Position numbers and translations under genes: made by a program
Notes under the pieces: model-generated
What the model saw: the letters and a program-made list of their open reading frames with translations, nothing else
Told to the model about the DNA's origin: nothing
The model's database searches: none
Assembly (NCBI GenBank): GCA_020891255.1
Contig: BQFW01000006.1
Coordinates: 1,240,001-1,304,000 of the forward strand
Direction of reading: 5' to 3'
Origin: Entomortierella parvispora E1425
Taxonomy: Eukaryota; Fungi; Mortierellomycota
DNA length: 64,000 nucleotides
Shown: in pieces, positions 38,486 through 50,937 of the stretch
Layout of the letters: each line of letters opens with the position of its first letter
How positions within the stretch are numbered: the stretch's first letter is position 1

Positions 38486-40704
38486 TTATGGGCGGCTGCA
38501 AAGGATTGAGTGAAAGTAAGTGTCAACATCCTGCCACGCCGGCTGGCCTGCACCCTGCACTCTGAATCCAATATGAGAGTCTGGTCTGATAACAATGATG
38601 GCGCCGGCACCATCTTTCACAGGAACTCCATACCGCTCATGCACAATCTTTGTCTGGTCCCAATAGACACGGCCTTCCCCTTGATCCCTGTTTGCCAATG
38701 CATCCGCAACAACCTTGGTAGGATCATCAAAATCGGTACCTCCGACAGTTTCTGGCAATGCAGCCAAGATATGTGCTTGAAAGAGTGATCTTTCTGTGGC
38801 CGGGTCGTAACCCCATTGAGACCGCCAGCTCTGAAGAGAGGAGTCCATATCCTTGATCAATCTGGATTCGTTCGTCAAGGCAATTCCATTTTTGTCGACC
38901 AAGCTCCTAGAAGAGGCGGTGGATCGAAGCATGTCTGACGTGAAGACAAGGATATGGAATGTCCCTGGACCAGTGATCAATTGATGCAACCGAGTCGCAT
39001 CTGAATGAGCGCCCTGTGTCAGAACTCTGAGAAGGGACCCACCGTCATGAGCACGTTGGCCGACTTGCCACTCTTCTTTTGGGGCGGGCTGAGACTTGTG
39101 AGGTTGGTTGATCAAGTTTTCTGGATAACGGATAGTCAACTAGGACGCAAAGGAGGCCGCAACATTAAAAAACAAGCACAGGCACTGTTACTCACACGGC
39201 ATTCAACAATCATCATACACAGTGCCTTTTTTTCAAGTTGAACTCTTACCATAGACACCCTGCCCGCAGGAACGCTGATAAAACGAATCAAAACGGAGGC
39301 AAACGTAACGATGGTCTTGCGCAAGATGCGGCGTGCGAGATTCTGTGAGAAACCAACCGCAAACATGTTGGAGGACATCTTGATCACATCGTCGGCAACG
39401 GGCCCACGTTCTTCACCATAAGTGTCCAAAATCTTTGGCTCTGCCATGCCTTGATGAACAAGTGCTATCTTCCATGTCAGGTTGTAAACGTCTAACAATA
39501 ATGTCCACATGGATAGATGACCTAGTTAGAGACGCGGTTTTTCTGGCCATGCTTCTCTGCATCCAAATGACACCATTCAGACTTACCTTGCAAACCAAGG
39601 TTCATGCCCTGTCCACCAGCGGGAGAGTGAACATGAGCGGCATCGCCTGCGATGAAGATCTTGTTCTTGTGCGAGTAACGCTCTGCTCGGCGCTCGTTCA
39701 CCCGGTAAAAAGTTAACCAGTTGACCTCTTTGACCCAAAACTTTGCTGGAGCAGCGGCTTCCTGCGCCACCTTCTCAAAGGTTTCTCTGGTCAGCTCCTG
39801 ACTAGGATCCAGGTGGCTGGCGTCGACCATGATTCGAACTGCTCCATTCGATAGCGGAAATACATTCATGGTCTGGTTGTTGCCTCCATTGATGACCCTA
39901 TTCGTGTTTTCAAGGATTCGTGGGAACGGACAGAAAGAGAAAAGAAACCTTGTGAGCACCAGGAAAGCCAATTTTGTCTTGGTCGCTAAAACAATCATCG
40001 CTCTCTTACGTGATGTTGGTCAAATCCAGGTCTGTTTCGACTTTTCCATCGAACAAGAGGACATTGTTGGACAGTGTCTGTCCAGGAAACCCGATGTTAA
40101 GCTTGTGTCGAACGACCGATTTGCCGCCGTCGGCTGCAATCAAGTACAGGGAGCGTACAACTTCGGTCTCGTACTTTTTGCCGGCTTGATCCTCTTCTAG
40201 TTCGACCGTTCCAAGGACGGTGCTTTCGGTCGCCCTCCTGTTGGAGCCATCCAGGGCCCGTCGGAGAGTGGTTTCTACAATCTCGTTACCATCCTCAACG
40301 ATGACCTTGGTATCCATGAGTTCCCAACCCCGATCGACCTGGACACCCAAGGCTCGGAGCTTCTCTGTAAGAATTGAGGTTGTTTTGATCTGCTCCAAGA
40401 ACAAGGCGTAGTTGTAATGTGAGATCGAGTTTACGAGCCCTGGAAAGACAGAGAGAACACCGTTGAAGTAGACGTTAAAGTTGGAGATGGGGTGTCCCTG
40501 CTGAAGGAAAGAGTCGATCATGTCGACCTGATCCAAGATCTCTAGCGTTCTTGCATGGATCGAAAGGGCCTTGGAGAGAGGAGAGACGGTTGCGTCGCGT
40601 TCAATGATCCGGCAGGGGATGTTGAGTTTTGAGAGCACGATGGCAGCAAAGAGGCCGACGGGACCTGCGCCGCTGATGAGAACGGGTATCTGCGAGGAAG
40701 ACAT
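38486..40704 (-). CDS. FAD-dependent aromatic monooxygenase, paralog C
   Basis: VLISGAGPVGL, AADGGKSVVR, IFIAGDAAHVHSPAGGQGMNLGLQ and VIRPDSHIGFRV across exon ORFs. Confidence 0.95.
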
Positions 40705-41034
40705 TTGTGTCTGTGTTGTGTAAGAATGAAAGAAAGAGGGATGCCCAGGGCCCCTGCCGCTTTTTTATTGTTCAGTGGTGTCTGCGCAAACCAAAAATTA
40801 TTTCTCCGTCCAGGAAGCGGCGTGCTTGTTCGAGACAAACTTTGGGCGGCAGGGTTGGCAAGGTGGTCTCCTTTTGGTTCGATCCGATGCCCCGCAGCTT
40901 CCGAACGTTGGCCATCTTGCTCCATTGCCGATCCGTCGCTTCTTCTGTAATAACTATTCCACAACAATATAACCCCGATCATCCAGATCATTACGTGTTT
41001 CTCTTTGCTCATGTCGTGTTGAGGCCAGCCTACT

Positions 41035-41687
41035 TTATTTCTTCTCTGCCTCCTTCATCTTCTTTTGAGTATAGTCATCTGCATAGTCCATAATAGCCCG
41101 ATCCTGCTCCGGCGTGTTGCCTTCTCTTGCGTAACCTTTTTCGATCAGCGCCTCCTAATGAAACGATAGCGACGGCGTGGTCAGTTGTTGAAAATAAAAT
41201 CTGTTCTGGAGTGCACTGCTGATCTTTCTCCCCTTACCTTGTTCAGCTGACAACATTTTCCAAACTTCTCCTTGGCCTTCATGCACATGGAGGCCCGATC
41301 CCACCAAGTACCTGCTTTTCCAAGGAGACAATCCGTCATCTCGGCGTTGAGATCTGCGCAATTATCCAGGGCAGCTACTTGAATCGCGTGTTTTTGTTGA
41401 GAAGTGTGTCCCTGTGGCAGAGGACGCGACCCAGCCTGGGAACTGCTATCAAAAGGTTTCCGTGAAGGTTCTGAAGTCGACTCTGATTTGCTCTCCGAGC
41501 TATGAGGTGTCGTGGATGGAGTGGGTTCTGAGGAAGAAGGGGTTGAAGTACGAAGACTGGGGTCATAGCTTTGCTTGTTTTGTTGAAGGAAGGAATTGAT
41601 GTCCTGATGCTGGTTGAGATCAGACATGTACTCGGACATGAATCCTGTGGATGATCCCTTGGGTCCTGTTCCTGCTGTTGATGCCAT
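41035..41687 (-). CDS. EMI1-like mitochondrial twin-CX9C protein (2 exons)
   Basis: AALDN-C-x9-C...C-x9-C|EALIEKGY...DRAIMDYAD resembles the Emi1 family. The second exon was found by splicing. Confidence 0.7.
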
Positions 41688-41868
41688 TGCCCTGTCCTGT
41701 TCTTGTAATGTATCTGTCCGTCTGTCTGCTTGGTGTAAATGGTTCGCACAGGCGAGAACAAAATGGTGCATCATGCATGTCGGCAGGACACGGCGTCTAA
41801 GCCACCATTGAGTACGATCACTTTGACCCTTTTTTTTTATTTTTTGGCAACTCGTCTGTTCTCTTCCT

Positions 41869-43149
41869 CTATGCGTGTGGGTTCTTCTGAGCAGCGTCCA
41901 TCTCGAGGACAATGCGATAGCGTGGCTTTCCAGCATGCACGTCCTTGCAAGCTTCGTTACAGTCTTCAAAGGGTCTCTTCTCAACCCATGGTCGGATGTT
42001 GTGTTTGGCTGCAAATTCGAGCATTTCGACCGTATCGGCCTTGTTTCCAAGATGGGATCCAACAATCGCAATGTCTTGTGCGACCATTGGCGTACCTTTG
42101 AACGTAATAGGTTCTTCGGGCAGCGCCAATAGCACCAAATGTGACAACGGCCCCATAAGGGAGAGGTAATCTTCCCAATTGTTGTTCTTGGACGCGTTGG
42201 TGCAGAGGCAGAGGTCCAGTGATTTAGCGGCATCCGTTAATTGCTGTCGGTCGCTTGTGCTAAGACCATCAAGAAAGCTTTTAGTGTGGGTTGAATCAGG
42301 GTGTGCCCGTTGGACGGGATGCAACCCATCAAGTTTTGCCTTACTTGATGAATTTGGTGGCACCCAGTTTGAACGCTTCTTCTTTCTTGTTGTCCCGTCC
42401 AGAAATCGCGACGACCTCCTTGCAGCCCATGGCCCGTGCCCATTGAAGCGCCAAGTGTCCCAAGCCTCCAATTCCGATCACGCCTACTCTGCTGTTTGGA
42501 CCGGCTTTGTAGCGCTTCAAAGGCGTATAGGTCGTGATTCCTGCGCAAAAGAATGAGGCTGCTTCTGCAGACAAGATTTCCTTGGGAACTATAGAGACGT
42601 TGGGCCCGTTAATAAAGTTCAGAAAAGCCATGTGTTGCATGGAAGGAATAAAACTTCGGCTCGCTTACTCTTGAAAGCATAGTCGGAATAAACACGGATA
42701 CGGTCTGCAAATCCACCTTCACTGATGCCTCCTCGTCCATCCTTGTAAGGAGCATTGAACGTAATTGACTTCTGGTCACAGAATTGGTCCTCTCCTTTTT
42801 CACATTGATCGCAAAGTTTATCACGACAGGCGGCAACAATACAGCCAACACCAACGCGATCCCCAATCTGATGAATCGCCTTTTCTCCCCTAGCTACCAC
42901 ATGACCTACAATCTCGTGCCCAGGGATAGCGGGGCGGGTAATTGGGCCCCAGCCTTCAGAAGTGAAGTGAATGTCGGACCCACAGATGCCACAATGAGAG
43001 ATCTCAATCTCGACCTCGTCTTCGAACAGGGGACGGGGATGGTAGCTCCATTTTTGAAGAATGCCGTTTCCATTGGGGACTGCAGCCCAACCAGTAAAAG
43101 TAGCGGTGGGGTCCTCGGATACTTTCGTTTCTTGAGCACTAGAGAACAT
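41869..43149 (-). CDS. Zinc-dependent NADPH alcohol dehydrogenase (ADH6/cinnamyl-alcohol dehydrogenase-like), 3 exons
   Basis: CGICGSD, PGHEIVG, GDRVGVG, structural-Zn Cys cluster, CAGITTY, GIGGLGHLA and KPRYRIVL. Confidence 0.94.
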
Positions 43150-43780
43150 TGTGTTTGTGTTTTGATAGTGGTGGTTATGGAAATTGGTTTTCAGTTGTTG
43201 GGATGAAGGGAAGCAATTGCACTGCAAGGGTTTTTTTTCTTTTTGTTTGGCCTGAGAAACATTTGCGTCTCAGATGTCCAGTTGGGACTTTTTGCCACCA
43301 ATTCTAGAAATGTGATTGCGCGAGGTGGCTGACGGACAACTTGCGTGAATGGATGGCCATTAGGCAATAGGGCGGATGTCGATAGGCATACTACCGTAAG
43401 GTACCGCAAGGTTCTCCTTTTCTCATACGGTGCCCAGGTTCCTATTTGACGAATTTAAGGTTTCCCTTTACTCATGCACTACATGGGTATCCTCAACGGG
43501 CTCCTCCCCCGACCATTTACCAGGTTCCAATGTAGCCTAACTGATGCAGCCTGTTCCACAGCACAGCCCGATTCACTCTAGTCCTGTCACGCGTGGGAGA
43601 CAGTCGACCCATAGAAGACACCATCGTTCCTCAGCTGAGACTGCAATAGCAGAGTATAAAAAAAGAGATCCTCTGGCGCCCAGCTCCTTTAAAAAATCGC
43701 ATTCTATTTAGCCTGTCAAACCTCCAACATACCAACTGAACCACCGTACCCTCCATTGATTTTACTCTGTCGACCCCCCG

Positions 43781-43848
43781 ATGGCACGTATAGCTCACTG
43801 GATAGTGGCTATTGGCGCCGCATTGCAATGTGTTCAAGCATTGAACTC

Positions 43849-43882
<34 letters not shown>

Positions 43883-46522
43883 TCAGTACCGTTCTCTCGA
43901 CCATGACATCTCAGCGGACACTAATAGTCGTACTCTATCCAGGCTGTTTGCACCACTGAGCAGTGTGTTCTCACCGCCGCCGACATCCTTCGTGATATGA
44001 ACATTCAAGCTGACCCATGCCAGGACTTCAGTGAATTCGCCTGTAAGTCAACTCTGCATGTCATCCGTCCTCTTCCCCTCACCGCCACATTTGACAGTAT
44101 TTCTGACCCGACCTTTACCTTTGAACGCAGGTGGCGGATTCAACAGTAGGTTCGAGATTCCTCCCGATCAGTCCTCTTATGACAACTTCAATATTCTCCA
44201 TGATGAAACCCGCCGCATTGTCCGATCCATTGTTGATGCCAACAGTGCAACCGCTCCAAAGGCCGCTGCAGGGGATGCTGTCTCTAAGGATAATATCGCA
44301 AAGTTTCAAGGCCTTTACAACAGCTGCATGGATCAGGAGCGACTCACTCAAATTGGTAGAAGTCCTCTCGTGGATGAGCTGCAAACTGTATTCAACCTCT
44401 TCCCAGTCCCAGACAGCAGTCTGAAGACACAGAACCAAGGCGCAATGGCTGATGGCGGAGACAACCAACAGGGCGAAAGCGAAGAAGACAATTTCATCGT
44501 CTCCACGGCAGCTGTGGACAAGACAGCCCTTACAAACACATTGGCGTACTTGAATAAGATGGGTATCGATAGCTTGATCAGTTTTTCAGTCTCCTCAGAT
44601 CTTGAAAACCCATCCAAACGGGTCCTAGTACTTTCCGAAGGCGGTTTGGGTTTGCCCGCCAAGGACTACTACAAGGACAAGGACACCTTGGCTATATATG
44701 AGAAAACCGTCCGTCAAATGTTTTCGCTGATTTTCGGCAAGGAGCCACCCTCCGACGCCACTTCTACAGCAGCTACAGAAGACGAAGACAATTGGTCTGC
44801 GGTAGCTAAAGATGTTGTCGATTTCGAGACTCAATTGGCTGGCATTGGAACGGACCTCCAAGACTTTTACGATCCCATCAAGACCTACAACCCTACCGCT
44901 ACAGATAGTATTGGATCCATGACACCATCAATCGACTGGCCACTTTTCCTCAAGAACACCTTGCCTAGTAGTGTCCCAGCGCCTAAGCAGATCGTCGTGA
45001 ACTGGCCCGCTTACCAGACCAAACTCGAAGACCTCCTTCAGAAGACGTCTCCCAGGACTCTTCAAAATTACTTTGCCTGGAATGTGATTCAGGCTCGTGC
45101 CACCACCTTGGGTCCCGAGTACCAGCAGCCCCTTCGCAACTTGAACTCGGCCTTATCAGGAAGTAATTCGGCCGTGATACCAGACCGCTGGAAGCACTGT
45201 GTCAGCGTTGTGGACGGCAGTCTGGGCGATATGGTTGGCCATTACTTCATTCAAGAGGTCTTTAAGGGAAATAGCAAAGCTCAAGTCAGTGATATCATCC
45301 AGTCCCTTCTCACTGCTTATGGAAAAGTCTTTCCAAAACTCGATTGGCTGGACAAGAAAACTGAGGCAGGTGCCATGAAGAAACTGAAGGCGATCGTTGC
45401 CCTGGTCGGATATTCGACCGCAGAGCCCAACGTAACCGATTCAAAGTCTGTGCAAGATTACTACAAGGACTTGAAAGTGGACCCAGCTGACTTTTATGGA
45501 AACCAGTGGCGGGAAGGTGTTTGGTCGAACGAGCGCAGCTTTTTGAACTTGAACAAGCCCGTCAACAAGCAAGTCTTGGGGTCTCCTCCGCAGACTGTTA
45601 ACGCGTTTTACAGTCCACCGGATAACCAAATCTACTTCCCAGCCGGTATCCTTCAACCTCCCTTCTTTCACACGGGGAACCCAGAGTATGTGAACTACGG
45701 AGCTCTTGGAGTCGTTGCTGGCCATGAGATCACAGTAAGTTGAAAGATCTTTTTTTTTTTTTTTTTTTTTGGTGGCGATTCGAATCTTGACTGATCAAGT
45801 TCAAATGTGCGCTTCTCTTCCTTCAATAGCACGGGTTCGACAACCACGGCCATCTTTTCGACGCTCAAGGGCGCATGGTCGATGTAAGTAGATTATCGCA
45901 CGGTCCAATGCCGTGAGATCCTTTGATCCGTATCTTCAACTCGTCTTTTCCATTCTTGTGTTACAGTGGTGGACCAATTCTACGACCGCGGCCTTCAACC
46001 AAAAGGCTCAGTGCTTCGTGGATCAGTATGGTAACTTTACCATCAAGGGACCTGATGGCAAAGATCATAATGTCGACGGTCATCTCACTCTAGGAGAAAA
46101 TATTGCGGACAATGGAGGACTGAAGCAATCCTTCAACAGTTGGCAAGCTCGCTACAAGGCAGACAAAGCAGGAAAGAAGTAAGCGGAACTGAGCTTGGGA
46201 CAATCATCGTTTTCACTTGCTTCCCTCACAAAGACTAACTCGTCCCTTTCCATGAATATGACTTTCCAACAGGTACATGAACCAAAAACTTCCTGGGCTT
46301 ATAGAATACACCCCAGAGCAGCTCTACTTTGTCTCCTACGCTCGGGTCTGGTGCTCCAAAAAGAGACCTGCGGCCTTGCTCCAACAAATCCTGACTGATG
46401 TTCACAGTCCAGCTCGCTGGCGTATCAATGGCGCCGTCCAGAACTCGGAATTTTTCGCCAAAGCGTTCAAGTGCAAGGTTGGAGCACCCATGAACCCTGC
46501 CAAGAAGTGTAACCTTTGGTAG
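43781..46522 (+). CDS. Secreted neprilysin/ECE-family (M13) metalloendopeptidase
   Basis: Signal peptide MARIAHWIVAIGAALQCVQA; VCTTEQC; DPCQDFSEFAC|GG; VNAFYSP, FPAGILQPPFF, NYGALGVVAGHEIT|HGFD (HExxH split by an intron), GENIADNGG and HSP...RING...CPVGAPMNP-like C-terminus. A TATA-like site lies at ~43657. Confidence 0.95.
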
Positions 46523-46747
46523 CAATCCTCTCCTCCAATCTCTACATCCCTTACTCTAGTAATACCGCTCTTGTATAAATCATAAAAAAATGACCCATGG
46601 GTCTCGTTTTATTGCTTTCTTTTTCTGAAAGTTGGTATAGATAATCTCGAGGGACTGGGACGGGATGTATCAAACACCCAGGTCCCGCCCCTCATTTCCC
46701 CAAAATGTCTCACGCTCGACGCGAGAGGGGAAAGAGTATATTCTCAT

Positions 46748-47979
46748 TTAGTGCTTGAGGGGAGCAATTCCGACAGAAGGAGACGAGGTCTGGGAGAAGA
46801 CCACATAGTTGTTCTTGATGAAAACATCACCCAAGATCCAAAGGCCGTCTTGGCCGCCCTGGACACCCGAGAAGCAGTTCTTGCTGCCATCACCCACACT
46901 CTCATAGGCTAAATCAGCCACGGGAACGTTGAAGGTCTTGCCTCCGAGCTTGAAGCCAACGTTGGCAGTGCTGGTCGAGACGGAACAAGGAACCAACCAT
47001 CCGTTGTTGGGGTCGTTGGTCGATCCGGGAATCTTGGCGTGGATGGCAGCGGCAGCGGCATCACCGACAATGATTAAGGTCGTACCGGTGTCAATGATAC
47101 CCTGGGAGGTCTGCTTGAGCGAGGCGCCGTTGAAGGAAGCATCCTGGACCAAAATCTGCCAGTATCCCTTCTGGGTCACGGGAGTATAAGTCAAAGAGCC
47201 AGCGAACTTTGAGGAATCAATTCCACCAAAGGTGTAAGCACCACCCTTGCCCTTGAACAGACGTTCAGAAGGCAAGAAGACAGAGACAACAGGCTGAGCC
47301 AAGAGACCGGCAGCAATGGTGTTGTCGAGGAAAGTCTTGACACCAGAAACAGACTCAATGGTGTCGAATCCGAGACCAAAGAGACCGTTGGTGGGTCCAG
47401 AGGTGAACTCGGAGGACTCCTTAGTGGCAATGCCAAAGGTCTGACGTACGGAAATGCCTCCAACGCTGACAATATCGGAGGCGAGTGTACCAGAAGCCGA
47501 GGAGCCATCTCCGTAGGAAATCTGCCATTTGCGACCATCCTTCTTGTAGGTGGAGGACTTGGACGAAGTGTACTTATTGAACCAGATGTCGGACGAGCCC
47601 TATGGTACATTTTTTTTAAAGAAAAAGGTGAGTTCAAGTTTCAAATTGACATTATGTTGAATCCAACGTTGATATCAGGCTTCCTTACAGTGTCAAAGTC
47701 CAACTGAACGGTCTGGGCGGGGGTTCCGACCTTGACGGCACCGTAGTACTCGAGATCAGGGCTGACATCGGTGATGGGCTCAGAGCCGCTGGATCCGGCC
47801 TTGATGTTGAGCTGAGGGTAACGAGCATTCAACTTGCGGATCTGGGCAGGGGTGTTGTGCTTGAAGTTCTCGCGGCGGACCAAAGGGATATGATGACCAT
47901 CGGCGTTCTTGACGGGCGAGGCAGTGGCGAAGGCCAAGACAGCCGCAGCAGCCAAGGTAATGAAGGCGGTGGATTTCAT
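46748..47979 (-). CDS. Secreted A1 aspartic protease (rhizopuspepsin-like), 2 exons
   Basis: Signal/pro-peptide MKSTAFITLAAAAVLAFATA; first catalytic LDFDT|GSSD split by an intron; ISYGDGS; GLFGLGF; second catalytic IIDTGTT; ILGDVF. Confidence 0.96.
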
Positions 47980-48176
47980 GAGAAGGTTGTGGTGAAGGAA
48001 GGATGAGAGAGAGATCTGAAGAAAGTAGAAGAATCGAGGGCTGACATTGCCTTCTTTTATACAAATTGACAAAAGGCGGCTAGTTTTCCTCTCATCATGA
48101 GATCAACAATAATAGACCCCCTGGAGCAAACCTGGAAACAGATGGTTCCAAGTGAGAATAGTACAACTCGCTAATA

Positions 48177-48185
48177 GGGAGTGTC
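48177..48185 (+). repeat. Left 9-bp target-site duplication GGGAGTGTC
   Basis: Identical to 57423-57431 and directly abuts the TIR. Confidence 0.95.
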
Positions 48186-48310
48186 GGACTAGACTATTTG
48201 TCGGCCCGTCCGACAATTCTTATTTGTCGGCTCATTGCTCTTATTTGTCGGCTGCTCCCCCTTATTTGTCGGCTGCTCCCGTATATGTCGGTCGCTTTAT
48301 TTAAGTTAAA
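48186..48310 (+). repeat. Left TIR with five TATTTGTCG-like subrepeats
   Basis: GGACTAGACTATTTGTCGGCCCGTCCGACAA... matches the reverse complement of the right end, GGAAGCGTCTATTTGTCGGCCCGTCCGACAA... Confidence 0.93.
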
Positions 48311-49354
48311 TTGAGCCCCACTTAACTACAAATATTCTAGAGAACAAAAGTTGAAAGTGTAGTTGGATAGAAGTTGGAATCAAAAAGAGGTTGATGTTAA
48401 ATAGCTGGACACGCGTACTGATCCAGTTACAAGGCCCTCAGAGAAGGGATCATCAGCTTTGGACGAATATGAAAAGACGTTTTCACTCTCGAACTAAGAA
48501 AAATCATGACAAGTACGGATGTGAGCGTGGCGAGATTTTGACAAGGTCATCGTATTTGCAGCTCTTTCGCTTGTTCATCATTTTAGCCAGTTGAAGCTCG
48601 GTTAGTACCAAAAAGAAGCATCTAAAAATGATGCAGTCTATCACTAAAAGAGACCTTTGGATTCTCAATACGGTATCTCTTGTAGGGAAGGTGTCTTCCT
48701 CATCATCTTTGTTTTCTTTGAACTGCTAAACTGCATTCTAGACGTTTGGGATTTGGGAAGCGAATTCTCATTTTCAAAGTACGCGAAGGCTGTTGAAAGC
48801 CATGCCATTGTCCTTCACTAATATCATATCCATTGACTACTGCCGTAGTATCTGCAATTGACCCAGAAGGCACACTTGTATGATGAACAAGGTGCAAAAC
48901 TACAGCCAAGGTTGTTTGGATCTGCCTCTAAGCCAACACTACCCTGGTGTAAAAGGGTGCAATGGGAGAAAGATAGGGGAAAGTTGTCTTTGTCACATAC
49001 TTCTTTCCTACTATTTCTTCGCTGCTGCTTCTGCTACATGGACACTGGTTCCATACGAGCAGGCGAGAAAACTTCAGGAAAACCCGGAAGAGAACCAAAA
49101 AAAAAAAAACAGAAACCATCTATTTGCGAATATGACCACGCCAGGTTCGAACGACAAAGAGAGAGGGCTCGACCTCGACGAGAGCGCCTTCGGAGCGGCT
49201 AGCCCGTCTTTCCCTCCTCATGGTCCAGGCACGGGGCGGCTCGGGGCCGCTGCACCACCAGGGCATCTTTCGACTATAGTCACGTGACCACGCGATGCAG
49301 CCCTCCAACACAACAATTGCTTCATTTTATTACGAATCCATCACTCACAACGAG

Positions 49355-50914
49355 ATGTCTCAAAAACGAAATCCATCCCCACAACCTGCTTCTGCGACGC
49401 TCTCGAGAGAACAGACTGTCCATCTGAAGCACTACCGGAATATATTTGAGGATCCTGAAGATGTCGATTCACTCCAGTCCGGTAGGGTTCTTTCAGTGGA
49501 AGACAGCATTCGGGAAGGTAATTAATTGAGTCAATTGAGATTCCTTTGCTCTCCTGGCATTTCACTGAACTACCCTTTTCCTCATTTAGCTGACCTCTCA
49601 ACTGAAATGCCTGCCACTGGGTCAAAGAGGTACTGTGGACTAAAAGCCCTTCCCAGTGGTGGAAACCAACGGAGGATATTCTTGGCCGTCCAATTCCTTG
49701 TTCAGCGACTCCAACAATTCTGTGCTAGTGCGCAGGATGAACTGAGAGGCATGAGTCTGACGAGAGGCGGCGAATTGTATACCCAGCTTTCTACAGAGCT
49801 AGAGCGTGCCGAGCCGAGTCTGAGAGGCGTTACAGCAGGTGCCCTATATTCGGCTGTTGGCAGACTCTGTGCTGACTACAACGCCTATGAGAAATTAGCC
49901 ACTTCCGCGACTGGGGTGGATCTCGCATTCTCAACTCGGTTGTTGGAGCTCTGTCGTCTTTTGCGCGATTACGACCGAACTTTATTAAGGATCAAGCAGG
50001 AAACATCGGAACTCACGGCGGAAGAGAGGGCGCGCGTGGCATCTCCCGCAACAGCAACCCGACAGAATCTTGTCACAGAGGATCGCAGACGGAGAATCAA
50101 GAAACTAAGATTTGATGATACTGTATCGCGCGGCAGTGAAGACGATGACAACGACGATGAGCCGGAAGACGAGGAAGAAGAGAATGAGGATGAGGATGGA
50201 CATTCAGCGGGCGAACAATATGATAGCGAAACACGAAGCTCCAATAGGGCCGACGTCACGCATGTTCGAGCTGCCCCAGGCGATACGAAAAGTCATCGTG
50301 GAGTTGCTTTGCCCATTCATCAGCAGCAACAAGAGCTACTCTACCCTCCAGCTACGTTGTCAGCCATGGTACCTTCGCCCAAACACCGCTCTGTGACACC
50401 ACCTCGGAGCACAAAAACAACAAAGACAATGCGGATGCCTCGGGGATTTGCGAAGGAGCAAAGGAGAATAGCGGACGAAGTGCAGTCAATAAGACAGGTC
50501 GTAGCGATTGAGACTACCGCTAGAATTAAGGAACTTAGAAGGAACATGACAGACAACACAACCATCATTGAAGATCTCGGCAGGAACACAGTATCCAAGA
50601 TCGACGATTTGAATAGGAGTATCGACGATTTGAATAGGAATATCGACGATTTGAATAGGAATACCGTTGCTGTCATTTCAGTGCTGTCGGATTTGAGGTC
50701 AGAAATGCATGGAACGTTTCTCACATTCAGAAATGAAATCCGTGATTTACAGGATATTGTATGGAAATCTTACTCAAGGACTTCTGGCCTACCTCAGCCT
50801 CAGCCTCACTCGACCTCCATACAATGGCCTCCAATGCTGGCGCGCCCTCAGACAACATTTCAACCCAGTATATCTCTGGCCACAGCCGCAGCACCACGGC
50901 GACCAGAAAGCTAG
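49355..50914 (+). CDS. Cargo protein: putative trihelix/Myb-SANT-like N-terminal region, acidic linker and coiled coil (Harbinger ORF1-like architecture), 2 exons
   Basis: A 72-nt intron (49518-49589) joins ORF 49295-49525 in frame to the 462-aa ORF. GALYSAVGRLCADYNAYEKLATSATG...LLELCRLLRDYD loosely resembles transposon-associated Myb/SANT-like proteins. It also has a D/E tract and IDDLNRx heptads. The start could be 49295. Confidence 0.6.
50600..50662 (+). repeat. 21-bp tandem repeat x3 encoding heptads IDDLNRS/IDDLNRN
   Basis: ATCGACGATTTGAATAGGA(G/A)T repeated three times. Confidence 0.92.
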
Positions 50915-50937
50915 CGACCATGCAGTGATACAATTTA

